A stretch of DNA of 56,881 nt, filler included, from Sphacelaria rigidula (Eukaryota), in assembly GCA_964200075.2 (NCBI GenBank). It is 5 parts of 5 records of this genome, joined end to end, with 100 filler letters (N's around TTAATTAATTAA, not from the genome) between each part and the next. Parts side by side here need not be neighbours in the genome. Positions count along the whole stretch, not along the records: positions 1 to 11,298 come from CAXNAA020005100.1; positions 11,399 to 22,695 come from CAXNAA020005101.1; 3 more parts are not named here. One strand, given 5' to 3'. Below, piece by piece: positions 1 to 11,504 of this stretch. Made by a program: the position numbers and the translations under genes. The notes below the pieces were generated by a model. That model was not told the DNA's origin. It saw only the letters and a program-made list of their open reading frames with translations, and did not search any database. Positions within the stretch are counted from its first letter, which is position 1. Each line of letters starts with the position of its first letter.

Positions 1-1143
1 GGACACAATCCCGGGGAGCGGTGGATTCTCATTTCAAAATACCTTCTCATTTTTCTGGCAACCCTGTCAGAACTAGAATCTAAGCGAGTTCTTCTACGTG
101 GTTGTAATGCACAGAAACGTATCTGCGTAATTTGTGCAATCGAAGTAGAACTCGTGTTTGGCACGTCAGAACGCCATGCCGCTCGCGTTTGATATCGTCT
201 GCAGGAAAACGCGGTTGAGACACGGCGCTGTAATGACTACAAATGATCGTTTCGGTACTCCGCACGCGTGAGAGACCCGACGACAGACAATGCCCCCGCT
301 TTTGCTTTGCTCACCCATCAAGTCTTGCTCGTTGTCCACCGGGTTATTACATTTAATTCTCCTTTATATTTTCCAATGGTATGATACACAACACCTGAGA
401 GCGTTCAGCAACGTCCGATACATTTCATCAGTGACGACCGTACCAGGCCCTTTTCTACACCCACTCCCCCGTCAAAAAACGATCGAAAACATTATGAAGC
501 GAAGATGAGAAAGCCATACACATCATTGATATTATACCAGCCCCTCCACTCCACACACAACCCAAGGTACAAGGTGCACACTCCAGATGATATTTTGTGT
601 TGATCCAGACCACCTAAACGGCTCATCTATAATAAGTTCTATAATCAATTCTATGCAGAACAGTACCCAGAATGCTGGAAGTGTATACAAGTAAGACGAG
701 TGACCTGTACCGCTGGTTGGCGCACATGATGGGCCACGTCTCTCTTAAAAACAAACAAATGCTTGCGGAAGCGTACGTGCAGCCGCGGAATAATGAGACG
801 AGAAAAACAGCCCGGCACCTGCGATCATGCGTTCATACCAACGCCGTCGTCCGTTCACGCAACTGAGTCGGGACCGTACAAACAAGTGTGGAGCTGTAGA
901 CTTATGTAAATCACTGGAGGACTGACCCTCCGCTAAATAAATGGACCCTTTCATGAGATGGTACGAGTAATCGGAATTATGGACCCCCCACTGCTTCGCG
1001 CTTCGTGACTACGAGCCTGGTCTGGCGAGAACCCGGCATGCTCCTTCCCGGCTTTGTAGAGATGCGGGGCAAATTGCCGCATGACTACGGCTTATGACTA
1101 CGGCATGCAAAATCGTCAGCACACCACCCCTTATTTTCTGCAG

Positions 1144-1591
1144 TGATTCCAATCACACATAGATCGTCTTCACGGAACCCTGTACTTCGGGGGAACGTTC
1201 TCTAATCATCCACGCTAAGGAGCTCACAGTCGTGGGTCTCCGGCGCGAGAAAAACACACACCCTGACCGCTCCTTTTCCCAATTCTGCAAACCCCGCTCT
1301 GGCGCAGCAATGCAAGGATGATGTCTGCAAGCTGCTATTGTCCTTGCGAGAACGCAGCCTGGCCTGGTGACAATGAGACACATCTCGTCCGTGCCGGAAG
1401 TGCAGGGGTGGGACACAAATCGCAAGATTGCGGCAGAGTTCTACATGGACATCGCCCAGGCTTTGACAAAATACGGAGGGACACCTCGACGAGGAGTGAC
1501 ACAAATTTCTCGCCGTGAAGCAGATGAATTGAAGTCGATTATTTCCACCCGCCCCCCGCCCCCGTCTCCTCGCCAGGAGCGATACGTGTAA
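1144..1591 (+). pseudogene. Possible frameshifted coding remnant or terminal exon, unknown product
   Basis: Acceptor-like ttattttctgcag ending at 1143; protein-like segments NPALAQQCKDDVCKLLLSLRE and TMRHISSVPEVQGWDTNRKIAAEFYMDIAQALTKYGG lie in different frames. Confidence 0.25.
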
Positions 1592-1618
1592 ATACCCGTG
1601 AGCGAAACGATAGTCATC

Positions 1619-2174
1619 TTACACTTGATACTCGGCTATCGTGGTACGCTCCGCAAAGCGAACCTGCTTTCGAACAGTCTTCACGGGAGATGAATCGACG
1701 GACAGAGTACACCCCGCGTCACCACCGTTGTCCCCATCCGTTAGCCGAACTTCACCATTGCTGTCGGTAATCTTAGCTTCCACATCAGCTGCGGCGTTTG
1801 CCGCGCTAAGTCGCTGCAGGTAGGTATAACGGGCCCCCACCAAGGACCACATTTTGCATGCTTCGCACCCTTTTCGGTCATGGCCGACCAGCTTACTGTG
1901 TGCTCGAGCTGCGCGGAGGACGCGTCTGGTAGATTCGCATAGCTGACACTGTACTTCTGTGACGTTTGTACTTGAAGCCCCGCTGCTGCCGCCTCTGATG
2001 TTGCCTCTGTCATCGAGTTTGTCGTTGATGTCGCCAACTCTCCTTTGACGCCTGAACAAGTGCTGAATGCCGAGTACGACTGCATGAGCCTGCAGATGCG
2101 TTTTCAGTAGTTTTGTATGGCAACCAGAAAGGGGTGGCAAAAAGTTAGTGTCGGTGAACATCCAGCCGCTGCAC
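1619..2174 (-). CDS. Probable terminal exon of a multi-exon gene; Cys/His-patterned unknown protein
   Basis: Acceptor tttttag|G at 2175/2174; open to the stop at 1619; contains CQLC...H....H...CEAC. The rest of the listed 296-aa ORF runs through a SINE copy. Confidence 0.5.
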
Positions 2175-2194
2175 CTAAAAAATGGATGCAATAA

Positions 2195-2703
2195 CGCGCC
2201 CCGGTAGTCTAATGGTACAACTGGCAACACTACGGCGGAAACAACACAGGGTTCGATTCCAGCAAGATGCGTCTTGTTTGGCTTTTTTGTTGTTGTCAAA
2301 AATATCTGATTTTCGTCGTCGAAAGCGTGAGGGCATGAGGAGCAAATATGGTCTGCTTGGCTGAGTTTGCTAGACAACAGTCGACGTGGTGCGGAAGTGC
2401 TGACCCAATCCGCGATACCAGAATGTAACGCCTGTACCGGGGGAGAGAAGGGTTGGTCCCTTGAGAACACGGACTCGTCAGTTGAAGGGGGGGGGGGGGA
2501 GGGTAACAATTGGAAGATTGGCTAATTCGTTGGACGATTAGCAAGCCTCACCTCTCGAGATGGAGCTNNNNNNNNNNGGTGTGTGTTGTTCTGTGGGGGA
2601 GTGGGTGGGGGGGGGGGGGGGGGGGGGGGGGGGAGCGTACTCATTTGTTACTTGGCTTAGTCGTTTGACCATTGACCACGCATCCCTTTCGAGACGGAGC
2701 TCG
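2195..2703 (+). mobile_element. tRNA-headed SINE-like element, family B
   Basis: Head CGCGCCCCGGTAGTCTAATGG (A box) ... GGTTCGATTCC (B box); body GACCCAATCCGCGA; G tract; tail GTACTCAT...TGACCATTGACCACGCAT...GACGGAGCT; collinear with 53308-53717; contains a small N gap. Confidence 0.65.
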
Positions 2704-2728
2704 GTTGAAGGGGGGAGGATGAGAAGTA

Positions 2729-3200
2729 ACAGCCGATCATCGAAATTGAGGGTGGAGCTTTTCATCGAGGATGAGAACCCGGGGGATGAAAATATTCGTA
2801 TCCACACCAATTCTTCGAAATACGGCTCCATCCCTTTACGTCCTGGTAACTGTTGACAATTGCTAGATGCCCTACAAATTTGGATTTCGATAACCGAAAT
2901 GTTGGGGTCCTCGGTGAAGAAATGATTCTAGAGAATTAAGGTGATCCGATTGGATTGCCGAAAAACCCCAAAATGGGTTTTTCACCCAGAACCCAACATT
3001 TCGGTTATCGAAATCCAAATTTCTATAACGTGTAGTAGTTGTCAATAGCTACCAGTAGGTGAAGGTATGGAACCATACTTCGAAGATTGTGAAGGAATGG
3101 AACACTATTGCGAAGATTTGGTGCGGATACGAAGATTTTAATCCTCCGGGTGCCCATCCTCAATAAAAAAACTCCATCCTCGATCGCGATGATCGGCAGT
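2729..3200. mobile_element. Foldback MITE with ~190-bp imperfect arms, TA-flanked (Tc1/mariner-type)
   Basis: ta|ACAGCCGATCATC ... GATGATCGGCAGT|ta; inner AAATTTGGATTTCGATAACCGAAATGTTGGG pairs with CCCAACATTTCGGTTATCGAAATCCAAATTT. Confidence 0.75.
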
Positions 3201-3277
3201 TAAGTGAAAACAACAAAAAAGTCGGGAAACAGAAAATTATAACCAATCCTTGGCACATGGTCGAGTGTCTTACTCAC

Positions 3278-3389
3278 GTGTCCCACGTTCCTCAACCGCT
3301 TTAACAACGGTGATGAGATATTTTCCATTGTGTTGTCCACGGTTCAAGGATGGCCATACACGAGTTACACCCGATTGAGAGATGGTCAC
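3278..3389 (-). CDS. Candidate internal exon (VTISQSGVTRVWPSLNRGQHNGKYLITVVKAVEERGT)
   Basis: cag| acceptor, |gtgagt donor, one open frame. Confidence 0.4.
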
Positions 3390-3890
3390 CTGATATTTTG
3401 AATATCGCCGCCCGTGTTCAAAGATGGCCATCATCACGTAGGACTTGCAAGAGCGCGTCGAGTGTAAACTCAATATTTTGGTATTGGGAAAAGTAGAGAT
3501 CCGACCTATGCCTACAGCGGCAGCCAGTCCAGCGCTGTTGTTCCCCTCTCTCAATCCCATACAAGTCGTTGTGACTTACTTAGACGGGTGATGTGCAACT
3601 ATTCAAAGTACCAAAATAGAGAGTTTCGGAAAACGCCTTTCTTCAACAGTTTAGAGAGCAAATATCTCAGGTTCAGAGCGTAACGAACGACAATCACTGA
3701 TATCAAGCATTACATTATATCAGTGTAGCAAAGTCGACAAGGTATGAAAAAAAAACGGAAAACGAGCTAGCGTCCAAAAGCACCATGTTGATTGATCCCC
3801 GGGCGGGTCTATGGTTGCGGCGACTGACGAACATGTGGTCCTCTTCCCGCTCCTTTTTTTTGGTCTCGAGAAGACACGGCCTCAGGGTTC

Positions 3891-4056
3891 GTCTTAGCAC
3901 ATAATTTTTCGATCGAAAATGTGCGGTGGAAAAGTAAAACTCGATCTGATAGGTCATGATTTCAACCATTATCATTAATGTTGGAAGCACGACGCATCAC
4001 ATCGGAATTTTTGTTTTCCACCGCACTGTTTCGATCGGAAAATGATGTGCTAAGAC
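3891..4056. mobile_element. Short MITE or hairpin with ~43-bp imperfect TIRs
   Basis: GTCTTAGCACATAATTTTTCGATCGAAAATGTGCGGTGGAAAA vs TTTTCCACCGCACTGTTTCGATCGGAAAATGATGTGCTAAGAC. Confidence 0.65.
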
Positions 4057-4296
4057 ACGGCCTTAGCTTTCTCGGTCGAAAACATGCGGCGGAAAGGCAC
4101 GGAGGGGCACTTGACTCCTACATCGCAGACCACCACGCCAGATACCACCCGTTCACAGAACCATGCACACGCGGCCACATCAGCTCCTCCTTGAAATCCC
4201 TGTAACGCGATTTTTATCTTCATCTAGAGCACAAAATGGCGCTCTGAAGGATAAAGAATCCACTAGAGGGTTATAACGCCACTGGAGAGAACAGTA

Positions 4297-4472
4297 CCCA
4301 AACCCTGTACAGGAAACATAATGCTCCAGTGCTTATGGCGTCTCAATTCCTCTGGAGGAGCAAAAATATGGTGCTCTGGAGCACTTGATTCTGCTGAACG
4401 TGCCTCTGAGGAAAAGTAGACAACGTTTCTGTGGAGGATCCACCGATAATGGGCTCTAGGGCACTTTTGCAA
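4297..4472 (-). CDS. Candidate internal exon (LQKCPRAHYRWILHRNVVYF...)
   Basis: Acceptor ctctctactctgcag|; donor position uncertain. Confidence 0.35.
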
Positions 4473-5165
4473 CTGCAGAGTAGAGAGCTGTGTAACATTC
4501 TTTAGTGTGTAAATTTACCTCCGGAGTACGTAGTTCATCAAGCCTTTGAAGGACAGTTGTGTCCTCTACAGGCCATGCATGGGTGAATCCCACCAGAGGA
4601 ACAACGCAACGGTCCTCGGGTGCTTCATAGTATATACAACATACGCGGCCAAGCGATGGAACAATAGCCGAAGGTGCCTGTTCCCCCCTCGATGAGGGGT
4701 GTCGTATGTCATGCGGTGCTTGTCTTGATATGCCTGGTATGCGTGTGCGTATGGTTGTCCCTCGAGAGGTCGAAGGATAGAACCTTGCGATTCTTAGTTC
4801 TTTGGTTGGTGGTCATTCTACCTTGAGTTTCGCCCATAGTCGGACCCTGTGTTCATCTCTACTTGGTCTCGCGCGTCGAGTTGGAAAGTCGGGCGCCACC
4901 CCCGGAAATCCGAATGGCCACCTGCGGCACCGAATCTTTTGAGACCAGTCATATTTATTCTCTTTCTTCTTAATAATTCATTCTTGTTTTGCTTGAATCA
5001 CGTTTGTGAGTTTTTTGGGGGGTATATTTTGTTTTGGGGGGTTAGTTTTGTTTGATTTCCTCACACCTTATTATAGATAGCTAGCCTGTGACCATGGAAG
5101 GCGGCCGCATCAGATGCCCAGTACGAATGTACCGCGCAGATATCGGAACGTTTTTTATTGTGAAG

Positions 5166-5174
5166 ACAACAACG

Positions 5175-5247
<73 letters not shown>

Positions 5248-5248
5248 C
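5166..5248. repeat. (CAA)n microsatellite
   Basis: Direct reading; explains the poly-N/T/V/C ORFs here. Confidence 0.95.
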
Positions 5249-6179
5249 CTGGTTGCCTGCATCCACGCTCCACCCTTGCAAACACTCCTCGAAAACCGCC
5301 GTGGTCCAAACATAGCACGAAACCTTCAGAAGTATCTGTATACCCACTGTACTGTATTGCAAGTTGATATCTTCTGAAGGTTTCGCGCTATCTGGACCAC
5401 AGGGTTTTCGAGGCGTGTGTATAAGGCTGAAGCGTGTATGCAGATACACAATTATCTTCGTATATTGCTTCATGTAGCAGAATGACTGTATATAATTATA
5501 TATACTGGCAGCCAATACATGGATATATATATATACTGTGACCAGTACGGGATCACAGGCACGAGTGCCCTTAAAAACAGTGCCAACTGGAGGATTTTAC
5601 TGTGACACAAACCGTCAGGGAGAGATTGCGACGTTGAAATTCTTCTTCTAGAGGATTGTGACTGCCGTATCGATCCTTTAGGGGGAGGGGGGGGGAGGGG
5701 GGCGTACTCATTTTTTGCTGGCCTTAGTCTTTTGACCATTGACCACGCATCGCTTTCGAGACGGAGCACCGTGCCTACTCCTGATAGAGACACCTTCAAC
5801 ATTCCGGCGCTTATTCCATACATTACACAAAACCTTTTTACATATCTTATCCCCGTCCTGTTTCGCCGTCGGTGGCCACCATCTATCTCCTAATGTAGCC
5901 ATCGTTTTCTCGCCACTGTCTAATGCTTCAACGATTCCATGCCACCTTCGTTCACGTCCCACATATCCCCCTCTAGTCCGTTGGCTCCTCGTATAGTTCA
6001 CATTCTGCAACTAGGGGGAGGGGGGGGGATTCATATCGGACGGCATATTGGGGGACGTTTGGACAATCCACCGAAGGATGTTCGAGGGTAGCGGGTTCGC
6101 CGCATGTGTGCAAACCCCACACAATTCTCAGCTACCACCGCAACCCTGCCGCATACAGCACGAGTTGAGCACGAAGAGA

Positions 6180-6790
6180 TTTTGTTCGAAAATGAGGTTC
6201 AAGATTAAAATGAGGTTCAAAGTCGAAACAGTGCTTCCCCTGATCCAAGTTACGACAAATGACGTTCTTATGGACGGCCTCATGCCTCCCAACCTCCCTA
6301 AAACTATTCTCGGGAGTTTCCCGCCTTTCATTCCCCCGAAGGGTATGGAGGAGAGCACCTTTTTGTCTCAATTTCGGGATGAAACATGGACGCTTTTGAG
6401 CTAAAAACTAATAGATTATTCTCGAAAATGAGGTGGAACATTAAAACGATGTTCAACCCCAAAACCGTTCGGGTCGTTACAGTGCTTTCCCTGAACTGAA
6501 GTCATGACAACAAATAACTTTCACATGGACGACGTCATGCCCCCCGACCTCCCTAAAAATATTATTTGAGGTTTCCAGTCTTCCGTTCACCCAAAGGGTA
6601 TGTGCGAAAGATCTTCGGGTTAAAGGGCGCCCCTTTCTTCATCCCGAAATCGAGGCAAAAAAATGCTTTCGTGCATACCCTTTGGGGGAACGGAAGAAGA
6701 GAAAACCCCACGAATAGTTTCAGGGAGGTCAGGCGGCATGGGGTTATCCGTTTTAAAATAATCTGTCATAATTTCAGGTCAAGAAGATCA
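6180..6790. mobile_element. Foldback element with internal direct and inverted copies
   Basis: 6229-6395 recurs directly at ~6480-6605 and inverted at ~6625-6785; its AAAATGAGGTTCAA motif also occurs inverted at ~22800. Confidence 0.6.
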
Positions 6791-6905
6791 TGCGTCTCTG
6801 CTTCGTGTTCCACAACACTACAGACTGTAAAGCTATATGCTGGCAACGCATGTGGGCGGATCAGGTAGGTGGCATAGACCACGAGAAAAGCAAAAAAACA
6901 CGTTG

Positions 6906-7011
6906 TTAACCCTTAGACCGCGAGGTTAGTCTTCTGTTGGATCGGCATCAATTTCAAGTGAAAAAACGCATGCGTGATCCAGAAAGACTAACCTCGCGGT
7001 CTAACGGTTAG
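6906..7011. mobile_element. piggyBac-like MITE (98 bp plus flanks)
   Basis: TTAA|CCCTTAGACCGCGAGGTTAGTCTT ... AAGACTAACCTCGCGGTCTAACGG|TTAG; TIR matches at 23 of 24 positions. Confidence 0.75.
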
Positions 7012-7070
7012 TGTCCATGCCATCCATGTATATTATGGTTGAATTGTCGCAGTACCAAAATGAGACATAC

Positions 7071-7108
7071 GGCTGGACATGGAACGAAGTAGTCGACCTC
7101 TAGTCCAC
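7071..7108 (-). CDS. Candidate small internal exon (GLEVDYFVPCPA)
   Basis: Acceptor ttcctctcttctag|, donor |gtatgt. Confidence 0.35.
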
Positions 7109-7748
7109 CTAGAAGAGAGGAACAAAGGGCTATTCTGATGGTCGTGCTTGTTCAGAATGGTCACTCCGCTCCTCTCGAGCCTCCCTCTTGGTTTATGATT
7201 TTTCTTGGGAAATTTCCAAACGCACATGGTTGACTCCGTGTGCTTTTCGGCGGTCCTGCAACGGACCCCCACCCCCTGTCGAAAATCGCCTTCCCGCCCC
7301 CTGAAACCGTAGATGTCCCTGGACTGTCAGCTGGTAAAACTGTTCCGAGGCGACGCTTGCTGTCGAAGGATTCAGTGAGTGGTGCTTTTGCACATGTTTT
7401 TTTTCGATCAAAAGTTTGCAAATTTGCATGGACCGAATCGCGCAAAAATGAACGGATTCGATCGAATCAATTCTATACTGCACTTTCTTATCGCTTTGGC
7501 CGGTGATTATGGCTCTCGAGTTTGGCTCCCTTCCTGTTCGGCCTCGCGTGTTGAGTGGACCAATGGGCCCTGCTTCCAGTAGCCCGAATGATCGCTTATG
7601 ACATCGGAACTTAGAGGGCTATACAGGCTGGTTAACGGAAAAGACCCAAAAAACACTGATCGGTAAAAACTTCACCTAACGGACTGGGGTCCGAAAACTC
7701 CATGCACGTGAGAAAATCGGGTGTAGATGGGTTGAAATCCTTCACCCG

Positions 7749-9033
7749 TAGGGCAGCTCATGAGCTAGCTCATCTGCGGGCGGTAGCTCACTTGTAGTCA
7801 AACATGTACACGTGAGCTACGTCCGATAGCTCAACACAAGGTAAACGTGCGCTGATGAGCTACGAGTTGGTAGCTCACCCAGGGGAAACATGATGCGTAG
7901 CTCATGCAACTCTCATAGCTCACCCAGGGCGAATATGAGCTGATGAGCTACGGGTTGGTAGCTCACCCAGGGAAAACATATGCGGATGAGCTACGTTCGG
8001 TAGCTCACCCCAGGGACACATCGTCGCGGCTCACTCACGTCATATGCCTGGCTCGCCGCTGGCCAACCCCGTGTCGCTTATTATGATGTAACATTCTTGT
8101 TCGAACGGATGGCGCCACATACCATTAGGTTGTTGTGATGTTTTGCCTCACTCTTCGCGATAGGAAGAAAATAAGCCAACATATATCCTCATTCGCCTGG
8201 TCGGATGGTTGAAAAAAGTAACAATATTCAGTGTCTACAATAATCGACCGATTCATTCATTTTTATCGGCTCGCCGCGAGGGTACGAGTCCATCTGGTCA
8301 TGCACGCGTTTTTCAAGTGAAATTGGAGCCGATTCAACAGATGACTTATTATGCTCGCCGTCAATGGGTTAGCCCTTTGACCGCGAGGGTTGGCGATCTG
8401 ATAAATCAGCATGATTCATTTTATTTTTCGGGTGTGAATGATGCCGATTTAGAGACCTCCTACCCCTCGAGGTCAAGGGGATAAGCAAATGTAGCTCTCA
8501 TAGCTCTCATAGCTCATCCAGGGCAATTATTCGCAGCTCACCTAGCTCTCATAGCTCATTCAGGGCAAACATGTGTAGGTCATGCATCTCATAGCTCATC
8601 CAGGGCAAACATGTGTAGGTCATGCATCTCTCATAGCTCATCCGGGGCAAACATGAGTAGCTCGTGCAGCTCTCATAGCTCACCCAGGGCGAATATGAGC
8701 TGATGGGCTACGGGTTGGTAGCTCATCCAGGGGAAACATGCGTAGGTCATGCAGCTCTCATAGCTCACCCAGGACGAATCTAAGCTGATGAGCTACGGGT
8801 TGTTAGCTCACCTATCGCAAACGTGCGTAGCTCACACAGTTCCCATAGTTCATTCAGGTCGAATATGAGCTGATGAACTACGGGTTGGTAGCTCACGTAC
8901 GGTAAACATGCGGAGCTCATACAGCTCTCATAGCTCACCTGAGGAAAAACACGCGTAGCTCATGTAGCTCTCATGGCTCACGAGGGAGCTATAGGCTCAA
9001 AAAGAGCTAGCTCGTGCTATAGGGAGCTGATCT
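7749..9033. repeat. Degenerate tandem array of ~40-bp TAGCTCA units in two blocks
   Basis: Units TAGCTCACCCAGGGCGAATATGAGCTGATGAGCTACGGGTTGG and TAGCTCATCCAGGGCAAACATGTGTAGGTCATGCA...CTCA; blocks ~7749-8035 and ~8490-9033. Confidence 0.85.
8268..8484. mobile_element. Two degenerate piggyBac-like MITEs side by side inside the array
   Basis: ~8290-8345 is the inverted homolog of the 6910-7007 core; second copy ttag|CCCTTTGACCGCGAGGG...CCCCTCGAGGTCAAGGGG|ataa. Confidence 0.55.
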
Positions 9034-9036
9034 GTT

Positions 9037-9037
9037 C

Positions 9038-9102
<65 letters not shown>

Positions 9103-9139
9103 CGACGACGACGACGACGACGACTACAACAACAACAAC
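9037..9139. repeat. (CAA)n/(CGA)n microsatellite
   Basis: Direct reading. Confidence 0.95.
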
Positions 9140-11298
9140 GTTCTAGTTCCATGGAACAAAAGTTCCCCTGTGTGAGAGGAGGGGGATTCCAGCGAACGGG
9201 TTGACGCTAACTCGTGATGGAACACACCCTGTTCCTGCCAACCCCCCAGGCTGACCCTTAGCCAAGGAAGGCCGGGAACCCTGGGAGATTGGGGGTGTGC
9301 TCATGAGTCCTGGGAGCTGGGAGGGGGGGGACCTGCGGCATCGTAGGCTATAAGCTCGAAGAAAACTGAAGGATGGCAGAGCTCATTGACGTGCGACAGG
9401 GCTTATCGACGTGAGCCTAATGCGTGACACACACGCGGCAGAAATAGTGACGGTCCGCACCTATTATACCGTTACACCTTCGGACTACGAGCCTGATGCA
9501 TAGAACAGTCCGAATATGATGGGTATTCTAAACGCAGGTACGCGGGTAGGTACAATGTATGTTCACCCATGCAACTGCGCCAGATTCGTGCAGTGTTCAC
9601 CACTGGTGAGCTGAAACATGTTCATGGTTGATATCATTTGGTTTGAGTTTAAAAACAATAATCGAATCTTTAGTAGGGTTGACGGTCCCGTGTTCTCCTC
9701 ACGAGCATAAATCGCGTTTTCGTTGAAATCGGCGCTCGCCTGGATTCGCGCAACAGAACCCTGCCAGCCGCGACACTACACATATATTCCAACGAACGGT
9801 GTATGAACGCGACGTCAACATGTCATCGTGCGTATGAAGGACCAGGGTTGTAATAGAAGCCAGAGTACCCCAATAGATCCTGAGGGCGGCGCCAAGAAAC
9901 ATTTAGATGGTACATGTGCGTTTTGAAAATTAGGATCTTGTTCCTTGAAATTAATAGCAGACTCGGGCGTCCATCATGACGGCACACTGGGCTACTTGTT
10001 CACGTTCTATGTCCACACTGTTTGTGATCAGTCACGGGTCAGGCCCTCCATACTGGACAGCTGACAATTGAATCGAATACAGCTCCTCTTTACAAGTGCA
10101 CGTCCCTCGTCATACTCGCTGATAGGTGGATCCTGCCATATCTATTCGCGCATTATTTCGCACCTTTAATTCCGTGATCTTGGCGACTCTTCTTCGGTCA
10201 TGTACGATTTTTGCTTGTTTCGTCCGCACGAAGCTAGTACCCGACGACTTGCACATGGCTACTGTGGTGCGGCGGCAGCGCTGCTAGCTTGCAGGAGGGC
10301 GTGTGAGAGAGTAGTAGTGATCGCTGGTGCAACGCATCCGCATCACACGCTCGAGCAAAGCTGTCCATAGCTTAACGTGATCGCAAAGTCCTCGTGGTGA
10401 GAAGGCGTTATCAGGAATTTGTAGTATCATAACATTAAAATCCTGGAAAATTCCATGGGCCTTGATTCTCCTGGGACTGCTCTAATCTTCAACCCAGGTT
10501 GTTGTGTGGACCGGTCATCAGGAAGCGTGTTTCGTGTTTTGTCGAAATCGACCCCTGCGGCGTCGATTTCAGGTCTGCCAACGCACACTTTGCCCAGGGG
10601 AACTTATGCACCTCCCTTGCCCTAGGGTCTCGTACGCCTTGGGTTCGGGTTCAGGTTCAGGTTAGCGTTTTTGTTCGTTTGTCCGAAAAAATCAACCATC
10701 GATTGACGCCAAAAGCCACGGGTCACCAGGAAGTAGTAGAGTCTACCACTTTTTACGAGGTATATCATATAGGATGGAAATAACTACATTGCCTGAGGTG
10801 CGTGGGTATATTTTGTATGGACGCATGTTTGCGGAGAAAAAAAGACGAACGATATTATTTTTATTTTTTCTGCACAACAGACGGTACTACTGTAAAATAT
10901 TAGATGAGATATATGGAAGCGTGAATAGGACCATGACCCATTGCCCGCTGCAACACAGTACAGCTGACAGTGCTCGCTGCTTCTTCCAGCGCTTCATGAT
11001 GTAAGGAACTCGATATTGAATGCAATAGAGTATACTTCAAGCAGAGTAAAAAGAAATACAACATACATTGCTGCTTTCTACCAAGGAACAAGGCAGAGGC
11101 AGTACATGCGGTCAGTAGGGGAATGAAGCGCTCTACGATCTCTGATTTCTTCTCGCATCCGCACCTTACCTATTCAGTGTATGTACGGTGGGCTTGGCAT
11201 ACTGCTCCGTTCTGCTACTGCGCTGTCATACGAGCTGGGCCAGCCTAAAAACGGATTTAAGCTCTAAAAGCAATATCTCATCGACACAGACGAGTTGG

Positions 11299-11398
11299 NN
11301 NNNNNNNNNNNNNNNNNNNNNNNNNNNNNNNNNNNNNNNNNNTTAATTAATTAANNNNNNNNNNNNNNNNNNNNNNNNNNNNNNNNNNNNNNNNNNNN
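11299..11398. other. Artificial contig spacer (44N-TTAATTAATTAA-44N)
   Basis: 100-bp linker with stops in all six frames; identical at four positions about 11.4 kb apart. Confidence 0.97.
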
Positions 11399-11504
11399 AT
11401 CGTTAGGAGCCCCTGAACCAGACAAAATTTCGCGAAAAAAGTGCACCCCTACCGTAGCATTGCTCTTTCGCGAAAAGAGTCCACCCCTACCGTAGCATTG
11501 GTCC

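Noticed and set aside
4491..5065. Solo LTR (TG...CA)
   Set aside because: No target-site duplication and no second copy in the window
5061..5515. Poly-C/V/T/N ORFs
   Set aside because: Translations of the (CAA)n microsatellite
11169..11245. Exon with good splice sites
   Set aside because: Stops in all three frames, and the motif GCTGGCCCAGCTCGTAT recurs at ~14346
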